A DNA stretch of 64,000 nt from an uncultured Enterobacterales bacterium (lineage in GTDB: Bacteria; Myxococcota_A; UBA796; UBA2385). The stretch lies in assembly GCA_964502005.1 (NCBI GenBank), contig CAZCUX010000001.1:196653-260652 (forward strand), given 5' to 3'. Position numbers and translations under genes: made by a program. The notes below the pieces were generated by a model, which had not been told where the DNA came from, did no database searches, and saw nothing but the letters and a program-made list of their open reading frames with translations. The first letter of the stretch is position 1, and each line of letters begins with the position of its first letter. This document shows positions 8,904 to 17,809 of the stretch, in pieces.

Positions 8904-11351
8904 TTAGGTGCCAGCGATGTCGCGAAATGTCCCTCGAATTTCGCCCAAAAATCGGCTGGCCTTTTGTTGGAAACCGCGTTCGTTTCGTGTGGCCCACGAC
9001 AAATAAAGGCGACGGCGTGCGCGGGTCACTGCGACATACAACAAACGTCGCTCTTCTTCCAAGACCGAGGAATCACCCTGTTGTTCGAGTTTTTGGATTG
9101 CCTGCCAAGAGGGAAGTCCACTTTCTGATAGGCCAGGCAGCCATACTTCGTCGAACTCGAGTCCTTTTGATTGGTGCATCGTGAGAATGCGCACACCATC
9201 GAGTCCATCGAGGGCATCCACTTCGCGTACGAGCGTGGCGGTGTCGATGACCTTTGCCAGAGCTTCGGCGGGGGGCAGGTCTGCGTCGTCCATAACTGCG
9301 ACCCGATCTGCGAGCACCGCCAAGTTTTGTTGGCGGCGGGCCGCGTCGGGGTCCGAGTAACGAAGCGCCTCGGCGGCGATTTGCCGAATCAGCTCGGCTG
9401 GCCGCAGAGGTGTGCGCTGCCAACGCTCAAGGGCCGCCCGCAGCTTGGCGAACGCCGGCGCTTCTTTGGCCAACAGGGCCCAGCGGACCCCATGTCCCGG
9501 CGTTGCCCGTTCACCCAAAACGCGCGCAAGCTCGACAGTCGCAAGCACGTCGTCGAGCGCGCGGTGGGTGGGAATGACCGAAATGCCCAAGGTGTCGACC
9601 AGCGTGCCAAGTCGATGGTTGCGCGCTTCAGGGACAAGTCGGCGCGCGAACGGCAATGTGTCGAACTTGACCGTCAAGCGAAGGTCGACGCCGAGCCGGC
9701 GGGCGTACCCATGAAGCATCTTGACGTCAAACTGCACATTGTGGCCGACCACCGGTAGGTCGCCCACAAAGGCCTGAAGGGCCAATAGTGCTTGCTTGGG
9801 TTCGCGGCCTTTTTCTCGCAGCAGGGCGTCGGAGATGTGGTGGACGGCTTCGGATGCGCCGACGGGCACGGTGTTGCGCAACAGCATCGAGAAGGTGTCG
9901 CCGGGACGCTGGCTGTAGCTGCCTGCACGAACGCGGACGGCGGCGACTTCGATAATCTCGTCTTCTTCGGGGTCAAAGCCGGTGGTTTCGGTGTCGAGCA
10001 CGACGCAGTCGGGGCGTTCAAGCATCCAAAAGGGGTCGCCCCGGCGTACGGTGCGCGCATCGAGGACGTCGGTAATAGACAGCCCAACGGGGCGGCCCTC
10101 GGCTTGAATTCGCGCGACGGTTTTGGGCCCGACGCCCCGTACCATTCGACGTGCGATGCGGCGGGCTGCGACCGCGTCGTGGGGGTCATGGACCAAGCGC
10201 GCGAGGGCGAGGGCGTCTTTGACCTCGGAGCGACGAAAGAAGCGGGTGGTTTCGAGGGTGGTGTGCGGCACCTGATAGCGCTGCATTGCCGCAGATAGCG
10301 TGGTGATGGCCTTGTTGGTGCGAACGAGGACGGCCATTCGGGACGGCGCGATGCCGGCTTGGATTCGACGCTGCACGTCTTGGGCGATGGCTTCGGCTTC
10401 GGCATCGGTGCTGGAGTACACGGTGAGGGTGGCGACCTCGCCGTCGTGAAGGTCGCTCGCGGGCCGAACTTCGCTCTCTCGGTCGGGCATTGCGGCAGCG
10501 ACGGCGTCGGCAACGCGCAAGATGTGGCGGGTAGACCGGAAGTTCTCGGTCATTTTGAGACGCAAGACGGGGCCATAGTCTTCGGACAATCGCGCGAGGA
10601 GCGCGCGGGGTGCCGAGCCGCGCCACGAATAGATGGTTTGGTCCAAATCGCCGACGAGGCACAGAGAGCTTGCTTGGGCCGCGAGCACCCGGAGGACTTC
10701 GTACTCCGAGAGGTGGGTGTCCTGCACTTCGTCGACCAGCACGAGGTCGAAGGCCGTGGACCAGCGACCCGCCGTTTCGGGAATCTCGGTGAGCACCGCG
10801 CGCGAGAGGTAGACCAATCCGGCGAAGTCGATGGCGCCACGCACCTTGAGCGCGTCGGTGTAGGCTGCACCCCAGGGGACATTGAGGACAGCGCCGGTGT
10901 GCCACTCTGCGACCGCGCAATGGCCCAACGGAACCGCCGAGGTGGCGCTGTGCAAGGCGTGAACGGCGCGCTCGGGATTCTCTACGCCAATTTCATTGAG
11001 AATCTCGATTGCGTCATCTTCATCGATGACCCGAAAGTCCGCGGGAAGCCCCGCACCTGGAGGGTCGCTTCGAAGAATGCGCACGCAGAGCGCGTGAAAG
11101 GTAGAGACCACGACCTTCGCGGCGACGACTTCGCCGACCTCCTGGACCAAGCCCTCTACCATATGGTGCGCGGCGCGATTGGTGAAGGTGAGGGCCAGCA
11201 CACGCTCGGGGCGGATTTCCGATGGTGGTTGTAGCGCCGCCGCGACCCGCCGTGTGAGGGTGGTGGTCTTTCCTGACCCAACGGCAGCCAACACCAACAC
11301 GGTTCCGGTCTGGGCGTCGATGACCGCTTGTTGTTCGGGAGTCGGCTTCAT
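8904..11351 (-). CDS. UvrD/Rep-family helicase with an embedded DEDDh (DnaQ-like) 3'-5' exonuclease domain
   Basis: Start ATG 11351 (MKPTPEQQAVID). Helicase motifs: AAVGSGKTTTL, LALTFTNRAA, VLVDEVQDT, LVGDLDQTIYSWRG, ENFRST, then late ILTMHQSKGLEFDEV and LLYVAVTRARRRLYL. Between them lie exonuclease motifs: VVLDTETTG, GHNVQFDVKML and HRALDDVLAT. The 312 nt upstream in the track ORF are Arg-rich and overlap the GNAT gene. Confidence 0.85.
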   Translation of the reverse strand: MKPTPEQQAVIDAQTGTVLVLAAVGSGKTTTLTRRVAAALQPPSEIRPERVLALTFTNRAAHHMVEGLVQEVGEVVAAKVVVSTFHALCVRILRSDPPGAGLPADFRVIDEDDAIEILNEIGVENPERAVHALHSATSAVPLGHCAVAEWHTGAVLNVPWGAAYTDALKVRGAIDFAGLVYLSRAVLTEIPETAGRWSTAFDLVLVDEVQDTHLSEYEVLRVLAAQASSLCLVGDLDQTIYSWRGSAPRALLARLSEDYGPVLRLKMTENFRSTRHILRVADAVAAAMPDRESEVRPASDLHDGEVATLTVYSSTDAEAEAIAQDVQRRIQAGIAPSRMAVLVRTNKAITTLSAAMQRYQVPHTTLETTRFFRRSEVKDALALARLVHDPHDAVAARRIARRMVRGVGPKTVARIQAEGRPVGLSITDVLDARTVRRGDPFWMLERPDCVVLDTETTGFDPEEDEIIEVAAVRVRAGSYSQRPGDTFSMLLRNTVPVGASEAVHHISDALLREKGREPKQALLALQAFVGDLPVVGHNVQFDVKMLHGYARRLGVDLRLTVKFDTLPFARRLVPEARNHRLGTLVDTLGISVIPTHRALDDVLATVELARVLGERATPGHGVRWALLAKEAPAFAKLRAALERWQRTPLRPAELIRQIAAEALRYSDPDAARRQQNLAVLADRVAVMDDADLPPAEALAKVIDTATLVREVDALDGLDGVRILTMHQSKGLEFDEVWLPGLSESGLPSWQAIQKLEQQGDSSVLEEERRLLYVAVTRARRRLYLSWATRNERGFQQKASRFLGEIRGTFRDIAGT

Positions 11352-11818
11352 GTGCAGGGCACCGGCGGGAGCGGTACGGCTTCGAAGAGTTCGTAGTGGT
11401 CGCCGTTCATGCCCATCTGGCGGTACACCTCCGAAGCGCGGTGGTTTCGTCGGTCTACATACAAGCGAAGACCCATGGCGCCCTGTTCGTGCGCCTCTTG
11501 AACGATGTGTTGGTAGAGCGCCCGGTAGACGCCTTGCTTTCGGAAATCGGGCACGACGTATACGGACTGAATCCACCAGACATAGCCGCTGCGCCAGTCG
11601 CTCCACTCGCGGGTGACCATGGCCTGCCCAACGGGCTGCGCGGTGGCGGAGAGCGCGAGCCAATACGTGGCGTCTACGGTTTCCGTGAGCCCCGCGCGCA
11701 CGCCGCGGGCGACGGTCGCGGGGTCGAGGACAAGGTCTTCGGTTTCGGCGGCCAGCGCGCAGTTTCCGGCGACAAGGAAGGGCTCATCGGCGGGAGTGGC
11801 CTGTCGACAACGCCACAT
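11348..11818 (-). CDS. GNAT-family N-acetyltransferase
   Basis: The acetyl-CoA block is IQSVYVVPDFRKQGVYRALYQHIVQEA (Q/RxxGxG/A-like), followed by MGLRLYVDRRNHRASEVYRQMGM. Its stop overlaps the helicase start (ATGA at 11348-11351). Confidence 0.8.
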   Translation of the reverse strand: MWRCRQATPADEPFLVAGNCALAAETEDLVLDPATVARGVRAGLTETVDATYWLALSATAQPVGQAMVTREWSDWRSGYVWWIQSVYVVPDFRKQGVYRALYQHIVQEAHEQGAMGLRLYVDRRNHRASEVYRQMGMNGDHYELFEAVPLPPVPCT

Positions 11819-11824
11819 GGGCCC

Positions 11825-12562
11825 TCAGTTGGCTTGGCGGGTGGGACGAAGCAAGATGTCGTGGACTTGCACCCTTTGGGCGGCGCCGAGCGCAAACACC
11901 ACGCCCTCAGCGACATCTTGGGACGTGAGGACGGGGTAGCGGCCATAGGTTTCGGCGGCTGCGATGCGTGACCGATGGTAAAGCTCGGCAAACTCCGTCT
12001 CGACAAAGCCGGGGCTGATGCTCGACACACGAATCGGGGAGTTGGCAGCGTGGAGCTCAAGGCGCAGCGCTTCCGTGAGCGCTTTGACGGCGTGCTTGGT
12101 CGCGGCGTACATGCCGCTGTCGGACGGAACGCGGTGGGCGGCCATGCTGCTGATGTGGATGACGTGTCCGCGGCCCCGTTTTTGCATGCGCCGTATGGCT
12201 TCCCGCGTGCAGATCGTGAGCGCCAGCACGTTGACTTCCCACATCTCGCGCCAATGCTCGGTATTGCCCGACATGAGCGGCGAGAGGTGGCCGAGGCCGG
12301 CGTTGTTGACCAGGATATCGACACCGCCGTATACTTGCTCTATCTCCGCAAACATCCGTACAATGGCGCTTTCATCGCGCAGGTCGCATACAATCGGGTG
12401 AAAGCGAGCGCCCAATCGGTCGCGAAGCTGGTGCAAGCGCTCGGGACGGCGGGCGCAGCCCACCACGCGCAGGCCTTCGGTATGGAGGCGGCGCACGATG
12501 GCCTCGCCAATGCCGCTGGATGCGCCGGTGACCAATGCGACGGCGTTGGTCCAGCGGTCCAT
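11825..12562 (-). CDS. SDR-family oxidoreductase
   Basis: Start ATG 12562 (MDRWTNAVALVTGASSGIGEAI). Further motifs are NNAGLG and the catalytic YAATKHAV. The upstream part of the track ORF is not protein-like. Confidence 0.85.
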   Translation of the reverse strand: MDRWTNAVALVTGASSGIGEAIVRRLHTEGLRVVGCARRPERLHQLRDRLGARFHPIVCDLRDESAIVRMFAEIEQVYGGVDILVNNAGLGHLSPLMSGNTEHWREMWEVNVLALTICTREAIRRMQKRGRGHVIHISSMAAHRVPSDSGMYAATKHAVKALTEALRLELHAANSPIRVSSISPGFVETEFAELYHRSRIAAAETYGRYPVLTSQDVAEGVVFALGAAQRVQVHDILLRPTRQAN

Positions 12563-12778
12563 GCCGAATGCTTCTTCGGTGCCACAATCGACAATGTCGG
12601 AATCGGGATCGAGGGAATCCAACGGGTCTCCGGGGTAGTCAGAAAAACGCAGAGAATCGGGCAACAACCAACAGCCACGACTTCCTACCAGGGTATTACG
12701 AGCGCGACGTGGTCGGCACATGCAGCGCGTTGCTGGAAGTTGCGGTCTACGGACGCACCGTCAAAGGTCGGGAGGCCC

Positions 12779-14101
12779 ATGAACCCCCAGCGCAGGAATA
12801 CCATCGTCTCTACGGCGTTGCCAATCGTCGGCGGCATGTTGAGCCAAAACCTGCTCAATCTCGTTGATACAGCGATGGTGGGGCTTTTGGGTGACGTCTC
12901 CCTCGCGGCGGTCGGCATGGCGAGCTTTGGCAACTTCATGGCGACGGCGCTCATTACCGGCATGGGTTCGGGGGTGCAGGCGATGGCGGCCCGGCGCCGC
13001 GGCGAAGGTCGCGAGGGAGAGCAAGCCGTGCCGCTCAATGGAGGCCTGCTGCTGGCGTTGGCGATTGGTCTGCCGTGGTGTGCCGTGCTGATGGCGGCAG
13101 TCCCCACTCTGTTTCCGCTATTGAGCGACGACCCTGCCGTTGTGGCCGAAGGTGTGCCGTATTTGCAGGCACGTTTGACTGTAATGGCGGCAGTTGGTAT
13201 GAATTTTGCATTCCGCGGATATTGGAATGGCGTCAACCTGTCGCGGTTGTACTTTGGCACCTTGTTGGTCATGCATGCGACCAACATTGGTCTAAACTGG
13301 GTCCTTATTTTTGGGCATTTGGGCGCTCCCGCGATGGGAGCGACGGGTGCGGGAATCGCGAGCGCGGTGTCCACGGCGGTCGGCACGCTGACCTATTTTG
13401 GGCTGGCGTGGCGACATGCACGGCACGCAGGGTTTTTGCGTGTGCTGCCGAATCGCGACCAAATGCGGACCCTATTGCGCTTGGCTCTGCCCGCGGGTGG
13501 GCAGCAGTTTTTTATGGCGACCGGATATACGGTGTTTTTTCGGATCGTCGGTGCGGTGGGAACGCAGCAGCTCGCCGCCGCCAACGTCGTGTTGAATGTG
13601 ATGTTGGTGGGCTTGTTGCCCGGCATTGGTCTCGGAATATCCGCGGCGTCGTTGGTGGGACAAGCATTGGGGCGCGGGGACGCCCAAGATGCGCGGCAGT
13701 GGGGATGGGAAGTGGTGCAGGTCGCGATGGTGGTGATGGTTTTGCTCGGACTCCCGATGGTCTTTTTCCCTGACCTTGTGCTCTCGGTTTTCCTGCACAC
13801 ACCGGAAACGGTGGACATCGCGCGCCCGGCCCTTCGCCTTACCGGTGGACTACTGGTGCTGGATGCCGTGGGTATGGTGCTTCTCAATGCCCTGCAAGGC
13901 GCGGGCGCGACCCGTCGCGCGGCGCTGGTCGCGATTTTGTGCCAGTGGGGCATTGGCATTCCGATGGCCTACGCGTTGGGGCCAGGCTTGGGCCTCGACC
14001 TTGGTTGGATTTGGGCGAGCCAAGCTGTCTATCGTGGCTGTCAGGCGGCGATTTTTGTATGGACGTGGCGGGGCTCTTCGTGGACGCGCATTGTGGTGTA
14101 G
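12779..14101 (+). CDS. MATE-family efflux transporter
   Basis: GGGAGG lies upstream of ATG 12779. The N-terminus ALPIVGGMLSQNLLNLVDTAMVGLLG is typical of MATE/NorM. The protein has roughly 12 hydrophobic segments. The 5' 800 nt of the track ORF are antisense shadow of the SDR gene. Confidence 0.85.
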   Translation: MNPQRRNTIVSTALPIVGGMLSQNLLNLVDTAMVGLLGDVSLAAVGMASFGNFMATALITGMGSGVQAMAARRRGEGREGEQAVPLNGGLLLALAIGLPWCAVLMAAVPTLFPLLSDDPAVVAEGVPYLQARLTVMAAVGMNFAFRGYWNGVNLSRLYFGTLLVMHATNIGLNWVLIFGHLGAPAMGATGAGIASAVSTAVGTLTYFGLAWRHARHAGFLRVLPNRDQMRTLLRLALPAGGQQFFMATGYTVFFRIVGAVGTQQLAAANVVLNVMLVGLLPGIGLGISAASLVGQALGRGDAQDARQWGWEVVQVAMVVMVLLGLPMVFFPDLVLSVFLHTPETVDIARPALRLTGGLLVLDAVGMVLLNALQGAGATRRAALVAILCQWGIGIPMAYALGPGLGLDLGWIWASQAVYRGCQAAIFVWTWRGSSWTRIVV

Positions 14102-14109
14102 GAGCGGAA

Positions 14110-14754
14110 ATGCACCAGTCATTGGTTTCCTGGGATGTCGACGGCACACTCTATCTGCACGCGGATGTTCAAAAGGCCGTTACGAAGGCATTTTTCGCTG
14201 ATGTGCGACGGGGGCAGTGGCGCCGGGCCCGCCGCGGCGGTCGGGTGTGGCTGCGGCACAAGGAGACGATGCAGCGGTGTCGGCAAGCGGGGGGACGGGT
14301 CGATGAAGCCGCGCGGGCGTTTTGGCAAAACGATGATTGGACGATGTTTTTGGACGATTATTTGCTGCCGGCGCTCCGGCAGGTCGGCCCACGTCCCGGG
14401 CTCGTAAACGCACTCGCGGCCATCGCCGCAATGGGGGTTCCGCAGGTGGCGGCCTCGGATTTTCCCGTGACAGACAAGCTAGACGCGCTCGGTCTTGCGT
14501 CCTACTTCGCGGGGGGCTTCGATGGCCTCTCGCTGGGTGCCTTCAAGCCCCAGCCGGCGGTCTTTCAGGCGGCGCTCGACGCATTCCCGACCCCGCCGTC
14601 CCAAGTGCTGCACATCGGGGACCGCGCCGACACCGATGGTGTTGGTGCGCAGAGGATGGGATTTCAAGTTCTCGTGTGCCCCAATGGCCCGTTGGTGGGC
14701 GTTGTCGAGGCGCTAGAGGCGATGCGCGCACGGCAATCGGGAGCGGCAGGCTAA
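14110..14754 (+). CDS. HAD-superfamily hydrolase
   Basis: AGGAG lies upstream of ATG 14110. Motif I is SWDVDGTLY (DxDxT). The late motif is HIGDRADTDGVGA. Confidence 0.75.
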   Translation: MHQSLVSWDVDGTLYLHADVQKAVTKAFFADVRRGQWRRARRGGRVWLRHKETMQRCRQAGGRVDEAARAFWQNDDWTMFLDDYLLPALRQVGPRPGLVNALAAIAAMGVPQVAASDFPVTDKLDALGLASYFAGGFDGLSLGAFKPQPAVFQAALDAFPTPPSQVLHIGDRADTDGVGAQRMGFQVLVCPNGPLVGVVEALEAMRARQSGAAG

Positions 14755-15152
14755 GCGAGACGGCGGGCGAGGTCGGCGACAGCGGCGCGCCATTCGGCGC
14801 CTTCGGGCACGGAGTCCCACATCTCGGCGAGCTCCGATTGGTCTCCCAGTGCGCGATTTGCGGCTTTGTGGGCGATATCGGCGAACAGTGCGAGGGGGGC
14901 GAGCTCGGCTTGTGCCTGGACAACTTCGTCGGGGAGTTCGGGCCCGGGTCGGCCTGCGCCTACGGCCACCAATTCCGCGGCGGCGATTGCCGACACCGCT
15001 TCAAATGCGGGCAAGGGCGTGGTGCGCAGGGCGGCTTCGAGTGCGGTGATGATGATGTCGGGCGCATCGCCTGTGTCGAGTCCTTCGAGCACATCGTCGA
15101 CAAGGTCCAGTGCTTCATCGCTTTGAAGAGAAAACCAGCCAAAGGGTTCCAC
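14751..15152 (-). CDS. DUF4259-like protein
   Basis: GTG start at 15152. The protein is acidic and helical, with N-terminus MEPFGWFSLQSDEALDLVDDV, which resembles the WG-x-GPFDND-x-A-DF start of DUF4259 proteins. It overlaps the HAD gene end by 4 nt (convergent). Confidence 0.5.
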   Translation of the reverse strand: MEPFGWFSLQSDEALDLVDDVLEGLDTGDAPDIIITALEAALRTTPLPAFEAVSAIAAAELVAVGAGRPGPELPDEVVQAQAELAPLALFADIAHKAANRALGDQSELAEMWDSVPEGAEWRAAVADLARRLA

Positions 15153-15306
15153 AATGCCTCCGCGGCGTCAAACGAGGTCGCCGGCGCTTATCCCTTTGCC
15201 GCAGCGGTTGGGGCCGCCGCTGTTGGTTTGGGGCGACGACAAAACATTCGGTGTCACCCGCGGCGCGTGGCGGCATCCAAGGGGGCGTCGCTTGCACGGA
15301 GCACTG

Positions 15307-15639
15307 ATGATTCGCCAATTCTTGTCGTCTCTCCGCGGACCCTCGGTCGGTGCGCGCGCCGACCTCCCTGACCCCGCGGTGCCGCATCGCCTGCGCTTGT
15401 ATCAGTTTGAAGCCTGCCCCTACTGTCAGCGCGTTCTGCGTTGGCTGCAACAGCATCCAACGGTAGTGGTGGAGCGTTTGGATGTTCGCCGGGAACGGTC
15501 CGCGCGCAATGAATTGTGGGAAGCGACGGGACGCTCCCAGGTGCCGTGTTTGTTTATTGACGACACGCCGTTGTTTGAGTCGGCAGATATCGTCGACTAC
15601 CTGAACGCAGTGTTTCAGGCCCAGAACGCTTCCCGCTAA
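15307..15639 (+). CDS. Glutaredoxin-family protein
   Basis: The motifs LRLYQFEACPYCQRV (CPYC active site) and VPCLFIDDTPLFESADIVDYL are present. The start is uncertain: ATG 15307 is chosen, while the track ORF starts at 15154 with an Arg/Pro-rich extension. Confidence 0.7.
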   Translation: MIRQFLSSLRGPSVGARADLPDPAVPHRLRLYQFEACPYCQRVLRWLQQHPTVVVERLDVRRERSARNELWEATGRSQVPCLFIDDTPLFESADIVDYLNAVFQAQNASR

Positions 15640-15669
15640 AGACGTTCTGGTGCGCGGACTTCGCTGGGG

Positions 15670-16200
15670 TCAGTCGGCGAGGATGGCCGACCCATAATAA
15701 TGGTACGAAGTACGGTAATAGTCGTAGTAATAGTCGCCATAGTAATAGGGTTCGGTGGGCGAGTCTTCGAGGGAATTGTCCCACTCGAGGAGGGGACCGC
15801 TGAGGGTTGCCGGACCCCAGTCGAAGTATTCAAAGTAGACATGCTCGTTGCGCAGCATGAACATGCCAGACACGCCCGACGAGCCCAAGCCACACCCATC
15901 GTCGGCGACGTCGAGGTCGACCCAAAAGGCGTAGTCACAATCGCGGCAATCCGTGCGTTCGCCTTGCATGTGGAACGAGAGCAAGCAGCCCACGCTGTCG
16001 ATGTAGACCGAAATGGTGCCGTCGATGGTTTGGGGGTCGGAGATGCCCGGAGTGGTAGTGGGGGCTTCGGCGTCGCCGTTGTCGGCCCAAACGTCGTCTT
16101 TCCAGTTGCTATCGACTTCATCGGCGACGACAACATCATTGCCGCAAGCAGATGTATGGAGGCCAAAGAGGACCGCGATGGGCAGCAAAGGATGGCGCAT
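15670..16200 (-). CDS. Lipoprotein with Cys-rich core and a Tyr-rich C-terminal tail
   Basis: Start ATG 16200. The lipobox is MRHPLLPIAVLFGLHTSAC. The C-terminus is EPYYYGDYYYDYYRTSYHYYGSAILAD. Confidence 0.7.
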   Translation of the reverse strand: MRHPLLPIAVLFGLHTSACGNDVVVADEVDSNWKDDVWADNGDAEAPTTTPGISDPQTIDGTISVYIDSVGCLLSFHMQGERTDCRDCDYAFWVDLDVADDGCGLGSSGVSGMFMLRNEHVYFEYFDWGPATLSGPLLEWDNSLEDSPTEPYYYGDYYYDYYRTSYHYYGSAILAD

Positions 16201-16393
16201 AGGAGGGCTCCGATACAGACGAACGCACGCAGGCGACCGCGTGTGTCCGTAATATAGCCCGCTGTGGCGGCACTCTCGCGGGTCGTTTGGCGGCTTCGCC
16301 ACAAATAGTTGCCGGATTGGCGCGCGCAGGATCGGGAGCGCGCGCGCGAATGTGTCAAACGGCTGGACAGGTCGATATTTTCGCGAGCGCCGG

Positions 16394-17212
16394 TCAGTCT
16401 TCGGGCTGTTCGGGCACATCGAGGCAGAGCCGCTTGAACTCATCGCGGAGGCGTACCTTCAACGCAAAGTCGGGGCGCTCGCTGAGAATCTTCTCGAGAC
16501 CGAGCAAGAGCTGCCGATCGATATCGCGCGGAATCGAAGGGTCTCCCCGGCGGAGCGACTGCACCATGGCGTCAATTTCGTTTTGTGGCGTTGACTGGAA
16601 CACGGCGAGGGCGACCGCTGCTGGAGCATCCTCGTCGTCGGCGACTTCGATATCCAGCGTCGGGAGATTGGCGCGCTCGTCTTGTACCGCGAGGAACTGC
16701 TCGATGAAGCCGCGGGTCCACTCATGGGTCACGTCTGCTTCTTGCAACATCCAGTCCGATTGCGACTGGCGCGCGGGCTCGATTCCGACCAAATGCACGC
16801 GCACGCCAAAGTCTTGCGCGTGTTGCACTCCGACGCGGAGGTCTTCATCGCCGGTGAGCAGCACGGCTGAAGCCATGGCGCGATTGCGCGACAAGTTGAT
16901 CATGTCGGTCACGAGCAAGGAGTCAACGCCCTTTTGCTGTCCTTGCAGGTTGACCAAGCCCAATCGAACTTTCACATCTTGGGAAAATGCGAGGGCCCGG
17001 TGCTGGACGGTAGGGCCGTCGGAAGTGCCGTCGTACCAATAAATCCGAAGCAGGGGGAGGCCCGTGACGGAAAACGCAAACGAACGGATGGCGTCCACCG
17101 CTGCATCAATGTCCAAGTGCAACATACCGCGGGGCCGCTTCTGCCCACATAGGGCGGTGCTTCCTTGGGCAAACAAATAGCCGGCGTCAACAAATACAGC
17201 GCTCCTGTCCAT
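16394..17212 (-). CDS. NYN-domain (LabA/PIN-like) putative ribonuclease with an acidic C-terminal extension
   Basis: AVFVDAGYL...RIYWYDG...QKGVDSLLVTDM...AVLLTGDEDLRVGVQHAQDFGVRVHLVG matches the NYN/LabA acidic-residue pattern. The roughly 100-aa C-terminal part is unassigned. Confidence 0.75.
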   Translation of the reverse strand: MDRSAVFVDAGYLFAQGSTALCGQKRPRGMLHLDIDAAVDAIRSFAFSVTGLPLLRIYWYDGTSDGPTVQHRALAFSQDVKVRLGLVNLQGQQKGVDSLLVTDMINLSRNRAMASAVLLTGDEDLRVGVQHAQDFGVRVHLVGIEPARQSQSDWMLQEADVTHEWTRGFIEQFLAVQDERANLPTLDIEVADDEDAPAAVALAVFQSTPQNEIDAMVQSLRRGDPSIPRDIDRQLLLGLEKILSERPDFALKVRLRDEFKRLCLDVPEQPED

Positions 17213-17729
17213 GAGTATCCGTCTGCTCCCCGAAGAGTGGACCGTCGTAATGGGCCACTATTGCGTACATATTAGGCGGAGGTCGCCGCCGCTTCGTCGA
17301 CCTTTCTTCGAGACGGTATCAGAACCGTTTCAAATAATCAAGAACGCTTCGCCGATCAGAAAGGGTTGTGATTCTGATAGCTTGCATACCGACGTACGAA
17401 TACATGCGTAGAAGGGCAAGGCTACACCGTATATCTTGAGACGCGAATGGGCCGCCCAGGATGGGGGCGCGGTCCCCGGTTCTCAAACCAGCAAAAATGA
17501 AGTATTTTACATGCCGTTCTGCGCCGGCTATGCACCAAGGCCGGCGAAAAGACATGCTTTTGCCACCATGGGAGCGAATCTCAAGCAAAACGTGGGCGGG
17601 CGCATCGGCGCGCCTATTGCCAGGTGGAATCGCTGTATAACGCATATGGGTTATATGCGGTGTCTTTTGCAGCCCTCGGGCGGCCAAACGTTGGGGATGC
17701 CGCCCTCGGGTGGGGAGACCGAAGGCTGT

Positions 17730-17758
17730 AGTATAGCACACTATTTTTGGTTTTGCAA
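17730..17758 (-). promoter_or_regulatory. Strong sigma70-type promoter reading towards the NYN gene
   Basis: The minus strand reads cacTTGCAAaaccaaaaatagtgTGcTATACTac. This gives -35 TTGCAA (17758-17753), a 17-nt spacer, and an extended -10 TGn-TATACT (17735-17730). Confidence 0.55.
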
Positions 17759-17809
17759 GTGCTATACTCGTCGAAAGCGGTGGGCCAACACCTGTCCTTC
17801 GTGGCGTTG

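Noticed and set aside
11352-11663. N-terminal 104-codon extension of the helicase ORF in the track
   Set aside because: The extension is Arg/Pro/Gly-rich and overlaps the GNAT coding region in another frame. The helicase Q-motif/Walker A region begins right after the internal ATG at 11351, which is ATGA-coupled to the GNAT stop.
11975-12778. 5' 268 codons of the 708-aa ORF containing the MATE transporter
   Set aside because: This part lies antisense to the SDR gene (11825-12562) and is not membrane-protein-like. The MATE N-terminus starts at ATG 12779 with GGGAGG upstream.
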